Sequence record: PP919962.1
Origin: Klebsiella phage KP2025
DNA length: 64,000 nt
Direction: 5' to 3' (one strand)
Made by a program: the position numbers and the translations under genes. Below the pieces are notes generated by a model. That model saw only the letters and a program-made list of their open reading frames with translations, did no database searches and was not told the origin of the DNA. Shown piece by piece: positions 10,228 to 19,960 of this stretch. Position 1 is the first letter of the stretch, and each line of letters starts with the position of its first letter.

Positions 10228-12201
10228 TTGCTAGAAATTAATACCTCTAAAATTAAAAACACTGTTACCTTCACGGTGGATAAACAAAGCCTGAAAGAAG
10301 CTAAAGACTCTATTCAGAGTGTTAAGACTTTCGCAGAAGGTATTAAACCATCCTTAGACATGACAAGGATGAGAAAGCAGATGCAGGAGATGGAACGTTA
10401 CGCGAAACGTGTTCGGGACTTAATGCGCGGTCAGGGAGGAGGTAATCCTCCTCCACATCCCCCAGGTGGAAATCCACCGCCACCACCTCCTGGCCCTCCA
10501 GGTAGACCACCTAAACCACCCAAGGTTGACCCGGCACAACGCAGAGCAGACATTGCAGCAATGAAGATGGAGAACTTCTCCTTCCGAGCTGCGGCCCTAC
10601 CTAAAGCCGATATTGCCACATTAACACAAGCAAACAGGATTATTGCACAAACACTTGACTTATACCGCCAAGAGAAGATAACCCTAGCGCGTGTAAACCA
10701 GACAATGGCGCATCAGTTAGATAACATTCGTCGATCACATCGAGCAGCAAACGCTCGTATTGAGGATGAAGTTAGAGGTCGTCGCCGTATTAAACGCGAA
10801 GAAGAGGCTATTGCTAAAGCTAGAATTCGTGCTCGTGAACGTGAGCGCAAATTACGTGAGCGGGAAGAGAAACGTATTCGTGATCAAAGAGCGCGTGACC
10901 GCGCTCGCCGCTATGAGCGTGTGAAGGAAGGTGTTCTGGGGTTAAACCCATCAATGCTAGCTGGATCATTGGTAGGTGGTGCATTAGTAGCTGGTCTTGC
11001 TCAAATTCGTAATATTATGAGTGAAAGCGCACAACGTACCAACATGGTCAGTCGAGGTGCTCAGAACGTACAAACAAACCCTAATGCCGTACTTGCTATG
11101 GAATCATGGGGGCGTGTGAACGGTGTTGATTCAGCTAACATCATCAAAGCAATAGACAACATCAAAGATGTTCGTGAACGCCTTGGTAACTCTGCGATGA
11201 ACTCTACCTTTGACGAAAAATCAGGGAAGTGGAAAGGTGGTGATAGCGGTATTAATGATATCATGAACCAGTTTGGTTGGAACATTGACCAGCTTAAACA
11301 ATTCCAAAACAGACCTCTTGACTTTATTCAAGCAGTTGTGAGCGAAGGTCAACGTCGGGGTATGAACTCAGCGCAGATTGGTCGTCTGATGGAGAACCTT
11401 GGTGATGACTTAATGCACTATCAACGTATGTTCTTGGATGGTGGTAAAGAATACCTGGCTATGGTTCGCCAGTTAACCCAAACTGGAGGTGCTCTCAATG
11501 AAGAGCAAATGGTGGCAGCTCAAAATTATGTTATTCTATCTGAAAAACTGAACCAGTTCGGTAATGGATTTAATGCTAATCTAGTTGTTGGTTTCATGGA
11601 TGCAATGAAGGGTGCGCCTGAGTTCGCTCAGAACGTTCCAATTTTCATGGATGCAGCAAAAAATATTGGTAAATCCGCAGGTGAGGTCGCTATAGCTTTG
11701 GCTAGTTTGGCTAGATGGGTTTCAGGTATCAATCCTGAGAATAAACATGAGCAGCTCGCAAGTGATACCTTCCTAGGTATGTCCTACTATCGCGATAGCT
11801 GGTTAGGTCAATGGTTAATTCCACACCTAGAAGGTTTCACTGATAGCGTAGCAAGTTTGAATAGTATCCCTGGGGTACAGAATGCTAACCTAACAGCGGG
11901 TACAGCAGCACTTGGCCCTAACCAAGTCGGTATCGGTAATAGCTATAATGGACTTGATCCGTATAGTTTTGCGGTTAATCGTGGTGGCCCACTTGGAAGC
12001 AATCTGTATTATCCTACTGCCTCTGCTGTTAATCTACAGGCAACCCTGACAATCCCTGACAATTCGTTCACAATTAACGTTGTGCCGGATGGCTATGGAT
12101 TCAGTAATTTCTTACGTAGCGAAATGGATGCATCATTTAGTGGTTACACAAGAGATCTGACTTTACAGATAAATAGTGGACAATCTTCTACCGGAGGCTA
12201 A
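10228..12201 (+). CDS. tail tape measure protein
   Basis: 657 aa, helical/charged repeats, Pro-rich low-complexity insert, TTG start, position after chaperones. Confidence 0.55.
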   Translation: MLEINTSKIKNTVTFTVDKQSLKEAKDSIQSVKTFAEGIKPSLDMTRMRKQMQEMERYAKRVRDLMRGQGGGNPPPHPPGGNPPPPPPGPPGRPPKPPKVDPAQRRADIAAMKMENFSFRAAALPKADIATLTQANRIIAQTLDLYRQEKITLARVNQTMAHQLDNIRRSHRAANARIEDEVRGRRRIKREEEAIAKARIRARERERKLREREEKRIRDQRARDRARRYERVKEGVLGLNPSMLAGSLVGGALVAGLAQIRNIMSESAQRTNMVSRGAQNVQTNPNAVLAMESWGRVNGVDSANIIKAIDNIKDVRERLGNSAMNSTFDEKSGKWKGGDSGINDIMNQFGWNIDQLKQFQNRPLDFIQAVVSEGQRRGMNSAQIGRLMENLGDDLMHYQRMFLDGGKEYLAMVRQLTQTGGALNEEQMVAAQNYVILSEKLNQFGNGFNANLVVGFMDAMKGAPEFAQNVPIFMDAAKNIGKSAGEVAIALASLARWVSGINPENKHEQLASDTFLGMSYYRDSWLGQWLIPHLEGFTDSVASLNSIPGVQNANLTAGTAALGPNQVGIGNSYNGLDPYSFAVNRGGPLGSNLYYPTASAVNLQATLTIPDNSFTINVVPDGYGFSNFLRSEMDASFSGYTRDLTLQINSGQSSTGG

Positions 12202-12205
12202 AACG

Positions 12206-12261
12206 TTGTACATCAGTATTGACAATATATCGATAAACATGTTATCATAACTGATGTACAA
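12206..12261. repeat. perfect 12-bp inverted repeat ttgtacatcagt / actgatgtacaa flanking a promoter-like element
   Basis: 12206-12217 is exact reverse complement of 12250-12261; encloses TTGACA(12219)-18-TATCAT(12243). Confidence 0.6.
12219..12248 (+). promoter_or_regulatory. sigma70-like promoter inside inverted repeat
   Basis: ttgaca 12219-12224; tatcat 12243-12248. Confidence 0.35.
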
Positions 12262-12934
12262 TAGTATTATCATGGCAAATACGATAAATAACACATCTAA
12301 TACAAATGCAAAAACTACAGACAAAGGTCAGAATGGATTTTGTATTTTAGCTAGCGTATATAATAATGCAAGTAATTCTTATATTCAAGATTATCAAGCT
12401 ATTGTATTCGACGCTGTACCTAGTGTTGGGATTAAACGCCAAGCAGACGTAACAGCATATCCTGTGGAGAGTGGTGCGAATGTATCCGACCATGTTCAGA
12501 TAAAAAATAATACTTTTTCTTTATCTGGGATGATCACTGAAACGCCAATACGATTAATGCGCGATATGCTTTATAGTGCAGGCGTTAACGGGACACGTAT
12601 AAGTCAAGCTATTACATACCTAGATCAAATCTTCGAGGCAAGACAGCCTATTATCCTAATAACAGAACATAAGATTTTTGAGAATGTTATTCTTAAAGGT
12701 ATATCTTATGATTATCAGTCTGAATATTCTATGCAGTTTGATTTAGAATTTGAACAAATTCGCCTAGTAAGTTACGCCGAAACTAATGTTATTGCAACTA
12801 AAACAAAAGGCAATAAGAACGTTGGTGGAACAGTTAAACAGAAAGGCCCAGGCCCATCTGGGAATCTAACTGAACGTACCGGAGAGATAACCGGAACATC
12901 GAATAGAAATAATGGTACTGCTTCAAATCAGTAA
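12254..12934 (+). CDS. hypothetical baseplate/tail protein (true start possibly ATG 12272)
   Basis: 226-aa ORF after tape measure. Confidence 0.3.
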   Translation: MYNSIIMANTINNTSNTNAKTTDKGQNGFCILASVYNNASNSYIQDYQAIVFDAVPSVGIKRQADVTAYPVESGANVSDHVQIKNNTFSLSGMITETPIRLMRDMLYSAGVNGTRISQAITYLDQIFEARQPIILITEHKIFENVILKGISYDYQSEYSMQFDLEFEQIRLVSYAETNVIATKTKGNKNVGGTVKQKGPGPSGNLTERTGEITGTSNRNNGTASNQ

Positions 12935-12943
12935 GGAGTTATA

Positions 12944-13363
12944 GTGACAGTTTCTACATTTTCAGAAGCCAGTAGAGCTACAACTAATACTGGTTATAAT
13001 GCGGTATTTATAGAAGATAGATCTGTTTATTTTTCTTGGTTATTAAAAACAGATGAATATCCAGATCAAACCTATACTGTAACATTGGATGGCGTAGACT
13101 ATGACATACGTTTGCGTTGGAACACTCGTGATGAATCATGGCAAATGTTATTAGGGTTATCGGGTGATGAACCTAGTATTACCTTCAAAGTAACAAATGG
13201 CTTAGACCTACTTCTCCCATACAAATATATGGAAGCTGTTCCTGACGGGGAGTTGTACTTGGTAGATACTGTTAAAATAAACGGTAGACCTAACTATGAT
13301 GATACAGGTATAGATAAACGTTTTGTTCTTGTGTACATAGATTCATTACCTAACCAAGCTTAA
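12944..13363 (+). CDS. hypothetical baseplate protein
   Basis: 139 aa, GTG start, SD aaggag. Confidence 0.3.
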   Translation: MTVSTFSEASRATTNTGYNAVFIEDRSVYFSWLLKTDEYPDQTYTVTLDGVDYDIRLRWNTRDESWQMLLGLSGDEPSITFKVTNGLDLLLPYKYMEAVPDGELYLVDTVKINGRPNYDDTGIDKRFVLVYIDSLPNQA

Positions 13364-13377
13364 AATATGGAGGTTAC

Positions 13378-14379
13378 GTGGCAGATTATGTAAAAGCCCC
13401 AGCCCCTAATTTAAACAGGGCGTATAAATTATTAATTGGTGCTGCAACTAACGTAGAAAGAAAAAAGACTAAGAATTCTTCTTTTAGTTCTACTGTTGAT
13501 TTAGATACAAAAATGGCTAGCACTACTAAGTCGTCATCTAACCTCTATTTATTAACAGAATATCAAATATCTTTTAATATTCGTAAAGATAATAATAAAG
13601 ATCCTAACCAAGCTGAAATAACAATCTATAACTTAACTGACGATACTGTTAATTATATCAACAGAAGTATTAGAAACAACTTGGCTGTAGCCTTATCCGT
13701 TGGATATGAAGGTCAAGAGTTAACTATGATCTTTAAAGGAACAGTGCAATGGGTTAGTGACTCTTTCAATAATACAGACCGAAGAACCGTTCTGCATTGT
13801 TTAGATGGCGGGATAAATATAGCGGAAGCCAGAACTAGCCGCAGTTATCCAAAAGGAACTAAAGTTAAAAAAGTTGTAGGAGATCTTGTAAAAGATTTAG
13901 GTACAACTGAAGGTAATATTCACATAGATACTGAAGAAACATTATCATCTTCAACAGTTATGTGCGGTAACACCTCACATTATTTAGAGAGTATTTGCCG
14001 AGGAATAGATCATAATATATCTATTCAAGATGGATCAGTTTATGTTACACCTCGATCTCAAATGTCAAGTGCTCGTTGCGCTTACATCTCTCCTGAAACA
14101 GGTTTAGTCGGAAGCCCTGAGCCTTTCCATAATGATATTAAGCCAACTAAAAAAGTTACAAAGTCTAGTAAAAAATCAAAAAAACCTACTGACGGTGTAA
14201 AATTTAAATGCGAGATGAATGGTGCAATCCTCCCTGAAAAAACTATATGGTTAAAAAGCCACGATTATGATGGAGCTTTTAAGGTTGTCTCTGTCGTACA
14301 TTCTGGGGATAAAGAAGGGAAAGACTGGACAACAGAAGTGGAATCCGTTTCAGTATCTTCAATAATTAAGAAAGGTTAA
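13378..14379 (+). CDS. baseplate hub-like protein (putative)
   Basis: 333 aa preceding spike gene; GTG start. Confidence 0.3.
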   Translation: MADYVKAPAPNLNRAYKLLIGAATNVERKKTKNSSFSSTVDLDTKMASTTKSSSNLYLLTEYQISFNIRKDNNKDPNQAEITIYNLTDDTVNYINRSIRNNLAVALSVGYEGQELTMIFKGTVQWVSDSFNNTDRRTVLHCLDGGINIAEARTSRSYPKGTKVKKVVGDLVKDLGTTEGNIHIDTEETLSSSTVMCGNTSHYLESICRGIDHNISIQDGSVYVTPRSQMSSARCAYISPETGLVGSPEPFHNDIKPTKKVTKSSKKSKKPTDGVKFKCEMNGAILPEKTIWLKSHDYDGAFKVVSVVHSGDKEGKDWTTEVESVSVSSIIKKG

Positions 14380-14380
14380 T

Positions 14381-15079
14381 ATGGATTCTTTAAATATTGT
14401 AACTTCTATGCGAGGATTGATAAATGAACAAATCGCAGAAGTTCATACAGCACTACCTGTAAGAGTAACAGCGGTAGATTATGGAGCTAAGACAGTAACT
14501 TTAGAATCTTTGGTAACTAATAAGCGTAGTACTGAAGATGAAATAGAATATCCAACATTCCACGATGTACCGTTTGCAATTAATGGTGGAGGTACTGCCC
14601 GTATATCATTTCCTCTAAAGGCTGGAGATATTGGAACAGTGATCTTCTCGGAAAGAGACCCGTCTAATGCATTGCAAACAACAGGGGAAACTACCAGCAC
14701 TTCTACGCTTATTCAACCATGTGGATTATACCCTGTTTGTTTTATTCCAAAAATTGCTACAGCCGCAGATACTACAGATGCCGTAGATTCTGATAAGATA
14801 GTAATTTCCAATAATAAGAACACTTATGCTGAATTTGATTCTACAGATACAATCTCAATATATAACAGTGCTGGACTCAAGATAGAGATTAATGGTTCTG
14901 AGATTACTTTGGCAGACGGAGCGGGAAGTTTAACTCTTTCTAATGGAACTTTCAATATTAATGGCTTAAAAATAGCTCCAGATGGAACTCTAACGCTTGC
15001 GGATGGTAGTGTCGTAGATAGACATACCCACGGTGGTGTTGAGTCTGGTGGTAGCTCTACAGCTCCTCTAGGAGGATAA
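14381..15079 (+). CDS. baseplate central spike protein (gpV-like)
   Basis: 232 aa; C-terminal beta-helical repeats and apex with HxH metal motif (VDRHTHGGVESGG); position in baseplate block. Confidence 0.45.
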   Translation: MDSLNIVTSMRGLINEQIAEVHTALPVRVTAVDYGAKTVTLESLVTNKRSTEDEIEYPTFHDVPFAINGGGTARISFPLKAGDIGTVIFSERDPSNALQTTGETTSTSTLIQPCGLYPVCFIPKIATAADTTDAVDSDKIVISNNKNTYAEFDSTDTISIYNSAGLKIEINGSEITLADGAGSLTLSNGTFNINGLKIAPDGTLTLADGSVVDRHTHGGVESGGSSTAPLGG

Positions 15080-15080
15080 T

Positions 15081-15701
15081 ATGGGTGTACCTTTTGACCT
15101 TAAGCTGGACAGTACAAATGATTTGATTATTGTAGAGGGTGATCTCACCCTCACAACTACTCGTACTGAAATGGCAGCACAAACTTTAGGAATTACTCTT
15201 AAAACCTTTAAAGGGGAGTGGTTCTTAAACACCAATTTTGGTACACCTTATCTTCAAGAGATTATAGGTGTAGCTAGGAAAAAAGAAACAGTAGATAGAA
15301 TATTTTTATCTCAAATTGCTAATAACAGATTTGTAGATAATATCAATAGTTACACTTCTAGCTTTGATAGAGAGGAACGTTACTATACTATGGTGGCTAA
15401 CGTTGCAGTTGGTGAAGATAATGTTACAACTGTTTTCTCTACTCAGCCTTCTGAAGAATATATTTATCCTGAAGTTAGTGATGATGATGCACGAATTACA
15501 TGTTCCTTCTTTGGTACTATACCAGATGCAAACCGATTATATAAGTTTATAAACATCGATGGATTACCGGAGCAAACATATTCCACCTGGTGGAATGAGT
15601 GGGGGAACTTCATATCTCTGGAGCAATACTCATTAGTTTCACAATTAGGGGAAGAGATAGCTACTCAGCTTAACACAACATTAAGTGCTAATACAGATTA
15701 G
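15081..15701 (+). CDS. baseplate wedge protein, gpW/gp25-like N-terminal domain with C-terminal extension
   Basis: N-terminal about 110 aa resembles GPW/gp25 (LKTFKGEWFLNTNFGTPYLQEIIG). Confidence 0.4.
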   Translation: MGVPFDLKLDSTNDLIIVEGDLTLTTTRTEMAAQTLGITLKTFKGEWFLNTNFGTPYLQEIIGVARKKETVDRIFLSQIANNRFVDNINSYTSSFDREERYYTMVANVAVGEDNVTTVFSTQPSEEYIYPEVSDDDARITCSFFGTIPDANRLYKFINIDGLPEQTYSTWWNEWGNFISLEQYSLVSQLGEEIATQLNTTLSANTD

Positions 15702-15965
15702 GTGGATAAGTTGAAAAATTTTATAAAAGGATTACTAGGAAATATTCATACAGGAAGAGTTAGTTCTACAAAGTTCTGGAATGCAGTAGGGTTTTTAACA
15801 ATGACTGCCATGTTTATTTACTTAGGTATTGAAAAAGAAATTCCCGAGTGGATGGGTTGGGTGTATGTTTTCATGGTTACACCCTCTCGATTAATGAATA
15901 ATCTGATAGATTTACGTTGGGGCAGAACACCGCCTCCTAAAAAAGAAGAGGAAAAGAATGAGTGA
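15702..15965 (+). CDS. small membrane protein (2 predicted TM helices)
   Basis: 87 aa, hydrophobic segments FLTMTAMFIYLGI and WMGWVYVFMV. Confidence 0.3.
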   Translation: MDKLKNFIKGLLGNIHTGRVSSTKFWNAVGFLTMTAMFIYLGIEKEIPEWMGWVYVFMVTPSRLMNNLIDLRWGRTPPPKKEEEKNE

Positions 15966-17442
15966 TTACGGTTTAACGGACGCAGGGTTTGTAATCCCTA
16001 CTTATGATGACGTGTTGGATAACTATCTAACAGCTTTAAAAAATACATTTGGTGCGGATACAGCCACGTCTGAAGATACCGTATTCGGACAATTATTCCG
16101 TATTATTGCATATACAGACTATACTCTTTGGGAAGGAATGCAAGGAGTATATAACACCCAAACACTAGATGGAGCAGAGGGTGTCTATCTGGATGAAATC
16201 TTTTCTAAACGTGGCTTCTATAGAAAAGGAGCCACGACAGGAAGTGGCTATGCTTATATTAAAACAGATAAAAGAGCACCTTGGAATTACATAGTAGACA
16301 CATCTATTTCTTTTGCAGCAACTAATAGCTTAGATTATACTGTTAGTACAGACACCGAATTAAAAAGTATGATTGCTGCTTTTAGTGTTTCTAAAGCACA
16401 GGCTACAAATGTTGCCAATAGTATTACTTTTTATGCACAGAAAACATCAGCCGATGATTTAAATTCTATAACATTAACAACAAGCTCATCTACATTTCTA
16501 ACAGATCTTAGAGATTTTATCATTGCTAATGTGCAGGATGCAGATCAAGCTTTGGTTTCTGTTGCAAGTAACACTGTTTATGTTGGGTTTAAAACTTCAG
16601 ATTATACTAATCCAGTTGGACTTTCTACAAGTATCAAGTTCTATGCTTCTCATAACGTAGGTTTTAAATGGAGTTTAATCCCTGTTATTGCTGATCAAGC
16701 TGGATATAATCCCCTTGGAGTACAAGGTATTAGTTCTATTTCCTCGACCTTCAACGGTTATGTGGAAGCTGGTAACTTCACTGAATTTTCATCTGGGGCA
16801 GATGTTGAAACAGATGCTGAATATAGATCACGTTTTAATGACAACTTAGATGAAGCAAGTGCAGCTACACGCCCAGCTATCCTAAGAGCGTTGTTAAATT
16901 TAAATGGTGTCTCTAAAGTTAAGATTTATGACAACCCTACACTTATAGACGAGGCGTATGCTCCAGCTTGTAGTTTCCAAACTATCGTATATGGTGGACA
17001 AGATTCAGAAATTGCACAAGCATTATATGAGTCTAAACCAATTAATACATTAACTTATGGAAGCACAGCAGTCACAGTTACAACCGAAGATAATGGTCTA
17101 GAGGTTATCAAATTTAGTAGAGGATCTACCGTAACATATAATGTGCGTATTGTTTATACATCTGCCAATGGTAGGCAGTTAAGTATTACAGAACAAAGCA
17201 ATATTGTCACAGCGCTTAAAAATCTTCAAGCATATTTTGAAATAGGCTCTTTAGTTACAAATGACCAAATAAAAGGAGTTATTTATTCTGCCTTGGATTT
17301 CGGACGCTTGACTTCTCTACGTGTTTATGTTAAACTAAGTAGTGAACCAGACTCATCTTTTGCAGAGACAGATTTAACTCCAGATTATAATGAGCTGCCT
17401 GCAATTGATACTGATAATATAGCATATGTTGTAGGAGATTAA
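15958..17442 (+). CDS. baseplate J-like protein
   Basis: 494 aa, position after gpW-like, typical size of gpJ/gp6-family. Confidence 0.45.
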   Translation: MSDYGLTDAGFVIPTYDDVLDNYLTALKNTFGADTATSEDTVFGQLFRIIAYTDYTLWEGMQGVYNTQTLDGAEGVYLDEIFSKRGFYRKGATTGSGYAYIKTDKRAPWNYIVDTSISFAATNSLDYTVSTDTELKSMIAAFSVSKAQATNVANSITFYAQKTSADDLNSITLTTSSSTFLTDLRDFIIANVQDADQALVSVASNTVYVGFKTSDYTNPVGLSTSIKFYASHNVGFKWSLIPVIADQAGYNPLGVQGISSISSTFNGYVEAGNFTEFSSGADVETDAEYRSRFNDNLDEASAATRPAILRALLNLNGVSKVKIYDNPTLIDEAYAPACSFQTIVYGGQDSEIAQALYESKPINTLTYGSTAVTVTTEDNGLEVIKFSRGSTVTYNVRIVYTSANGRQLSITEQSNIVTALKNLQAYFEIGSLVTNDQIKGVIYSALDFGRLTSLRVYVKLSSEPDSSFAETDLTPDYNELPAIDTDNIAYVVGD

Positions 17443-17445
17443 CAT

Positions 17446-18072
17446 ATGGCAGTTAGTGTTGACCATGTAACAGAGTGGGACACTATTAATGAGGATGTAC
17501 GAAGTCTTCTTATAGAGGACTTCAAATCTTCTGTTAGTATTGTAAAACTTTTGTATACTATCACAAATGAAAAGAAAAAGATAGACCAAGCTATGATTTA
17601 TCTTGCAAAAAATAGATTGATATCTACTGCAACCGGAGCCTACTTAGATGAGATTGGGGAGGAGTTAGGTGTAGAGAGAAATGGGTCAACCGACGAAGAA
17701 TATAGAGTTATTTTAAAAATAAGATCTTATAGAGTAGCTTCTGCGGGTACTAGACCAGATATCATAGATATATTTTCAAGATTTACTGGGTCTCAAGAAA
17801 TAGATATAAACACATATGTTGGACTGAAAAAATCAGTGGATGTATTCTTTTATAATTATTGTTTAGATTCTGACAATGCTATAGAAGAACTTACAAACAT
17901 TTTCCCAATCTTATCCAGCTATCGCTTGGGTGGTAAAACAGGGATCTCTTTTGGTTTTAATTCTACAGTAAAAACAGATACTCCACATGGTTTAGGAGGT
18001 TTTGGTTCACTGTATGTTAACTCTAATGGAACAGAGGGAAGAATGCCAACTATGTTAGTTCAAATACCTTAA
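17446..18072 (+). CDS. baseplate/tail protein I-like
   Basis: 208 aa following J-like gene. Confidence 0.3.
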   Translation: MAVSVDHVTEWDTINEDVRSLLIEDFKSSVSIVKLLYTITNEKKKIDQAMIYLAKNRLISTATGAYLDEIGEELGVERNGSTDEEYRVILKIRSYRVASAGTRPDIIDIFSRFTGSQEIDINTYVGLKKSVDVFFYNYCLDSDNAIEELTNIFPILSSYRLGGKTGISFGFNSTVKTDTPHGLGGFGSLYVNSNGTEGRMPTMLVQIP

Positions 18073-18081
18073 GGAGTATAC

Positions 18082-19122
18082 GTGGCTAAACCAGAATTTT
18101 ATCCAGATTGGGCTACAACAGATACAACATTGCCCTCTACGGGAAACACAAACAAAGTAAGACCTAAGCAAGTTCTCCGAGAAGTTGGGGTGGATTATGG
18201 TCAGCTATTAACGGCAGAAGAAACCAATTGGCTTTTTAATAATACAGGGCAATGGGTAAGATATCTGGCTGATGAATATCTTGATACTATCCCTTTAACT
18301 TATCTTCCAAAAAATGGAACACAATTATCATTTACGGGGGATATAACAGGAACAGCTACTTGGACAGGAAATAACACTACTTCTGTTGTATTACAATCCG
18401 CAACCCTAAATGCTGCAACATCTGATCCTACAGTGAATACTTTAGTTAAAAGGGATAGCGGAGGATCGTTTGGAGCTTCACGGAATATATATGGATATGC
18501 ACCAGCAGGTCAGAATTTTGATTATCGTATATATGATCAAGCAAATAGTAACGTTCAAAAAGGTTCTTTTGCCTGGGATCGTACAGGAGATGTCCTTACT
18601 ATCTACAAAGGAACGCCCACTGCAAAAATATCTGAAATTGTCTTATATGCTGGCAGAGTAGAACTAACTTCACCACGCTCAAAAAGTACACAGGGTACAG
18701 ATAATGCAGATCTTACACGAAAGGATTATGTAGATAGCCAAATTAGCAGCAACATTAGTACATTAGATAGCACACTAAGATCATATATTGACTCTAAGAG
18801 CACTGCGTCATTTGCAACTAATGGTTATTGGAAAGATGTAAACACTGGAACTATTATCCAATGGGGAACTGCAACACTACCTACTTCATCTGGTGAAGCT
18901 CAAACAAGTATGGGTGTAACGTTCCCCATTACTTTCCCTAATGCCGTATATTCCATTAATGCAAGTCCTAAACTTAACCAAATGAATACATCTACTGGGA
19001 ATATTTCGATTCTTGCTTGTGTAAATGGTACAACTTCAGGTTTTACTTTGTGGGCAGATAGTAACAAAGGTCAAGATTTTAGTATTGCACAACCGTGCTA
19101 CTGGATTGCAATAGGGAGATAA
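18082..19122 (+). CDS. tail fibre protein (short)
   Basis: 346 aa Thr/Ser/Asn-rich, GTG start, after baseplate genes. Confidence 0.4.
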   Translation: MAKPEFYPDWATTDTTLPSTGNTNKVRPKQVLREVGVDYGQLLTAEETNWLFNNTGQWVRYLADEYLDTIPLTYLPKNGTQLSFTGDITGTATWTGNNTTSVVLQSATLNAATSDPTVNTLVKRDSGGSFGASRNIYGYAPAGQNFDYRIYDQANSNVQKGSFAWDRTGDVLTIYKGTPTAKISEIVLYAGRVELTSPRSKSTQGTDNADLTRKDYVDSQISSNISTLDSTLRSYIDSKSTASFATNGYWKDVNTGTIIQWGTATLPTSSGEAQTSMGVTFPITFPNAVYSINASPKLNQMNTSTGNISILACVNGTTSGFTLWADSNKGQDFSIAQPCYWIAIGR

Positions 19123-19123
19123 T

Positions 19124-19597
19124 ATGCTATTTAGCCAAAAAACACAAGCTTTTTATGACGAGAGTTTAATATATTCTTCATTACCAGAGGATGTATTCAC
19201 TATAACTACTGAACAATGGTTAAGTAGTTTAGACAAAATAAACTCTGGTTTTTATCTTTATGTAGAAAAGGATACATTAACTCCCTCAGATACTCCAAAA
19301 CCTAGTGCATTTTATACGTTTGATACAGAAACTAAAACTTGGGTTCAAACTGCGGATCAAGTGGCTGCGGAGCAGAAAGAAAAAAGTTCTATTCGTTTAC
19401 TAAAAGCTCAGAAACAGTATGAAACTATTTCTAACCAACTGGCAGAGTATCAGTATGTACTAGAAGATAAAGATTTCAGTACATATACAGAAGAAGAAGT
19501 TTTAGATCTTAAGAATAAAGCAACAGATTATAGAGTTGCATTACGTGCATACTTAAAAACTGACGGGGCTGGAGATCTTCCTGTTCTAGAAAAATAA
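19124..19597 (+). CDS. tail fibre assembly/chaperone-like protein (putative)
   Basis: 157 aa immediately after fibre gene. Confidence 0.3.
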   Translation: MLFSQKTQAFYDESLIYSSLPEDVFTITTEQWLSSLDKINSGFYLYVEKDTLTPSDTPKPSAFYTFDTETKTWVQTADQVAAEQKEKSSIRLLKAQKQYETISNQLAEYQYVLEDKDFSTYTEEEVLDLKNKATDYRVALRAYLKTDGAGDLPVLEK

Positions 19598-19615
19598 AAT
19601 AGTTAAGGATTATTT

Positions 19616-19960
19616 ATGGAATTAGCAGATCTTTGGAGTGTGGCAAAGGATGCCATAATCCCTTTAATAGGTATTATTGGAATGTTTTTTAAGCAGAAAA
19701 TAGATGGTATGGAAAAAGAAGTTACAGACTTGGGGACACAATATCGTGACTTAGAAAAGAAACTTGTCTTTGTTGAATCTACTTATGCGACAAAAGCTGA
19801 GATGGCTCAGATGTTAAACCAAATTAATACAACATTACTTGCCAATAATAATGCCTTAGAACAAAAAATTGAAAAAATTATGGATCTAAAAAATGCTACT
19901 ATTCAAGTAATGCTAGAAGATCTGTACAAGAAAACACAAATAACTAAGAAGGATGACTAA
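19616..19960 (+). CDS. small membrane-anchored coiled-coil protein
   Basis: 114 aa; N-terminal hydrophobic helix IPLIGIIGMFF then coiled coil. Confidence 0.3.
   Translation: MELADLWSVAKDAIIPLIGIIGMFFKQKIDGMEKEVTDLGTQYRDLEKKLVFVESTYATKAEMAQMLNQINTTLLANNNALEQKIEKIMDLKNATIQVMLEDLYKKTQITKKDD

Noticed and set aside
10431-10619. Gly-rich antisense ORF (GGGGGFPPGGCGGG)
   Set aside because: Mirror image of the Pro-rich segment of the tape measure gene on the opposite strand; no SD; artifact.
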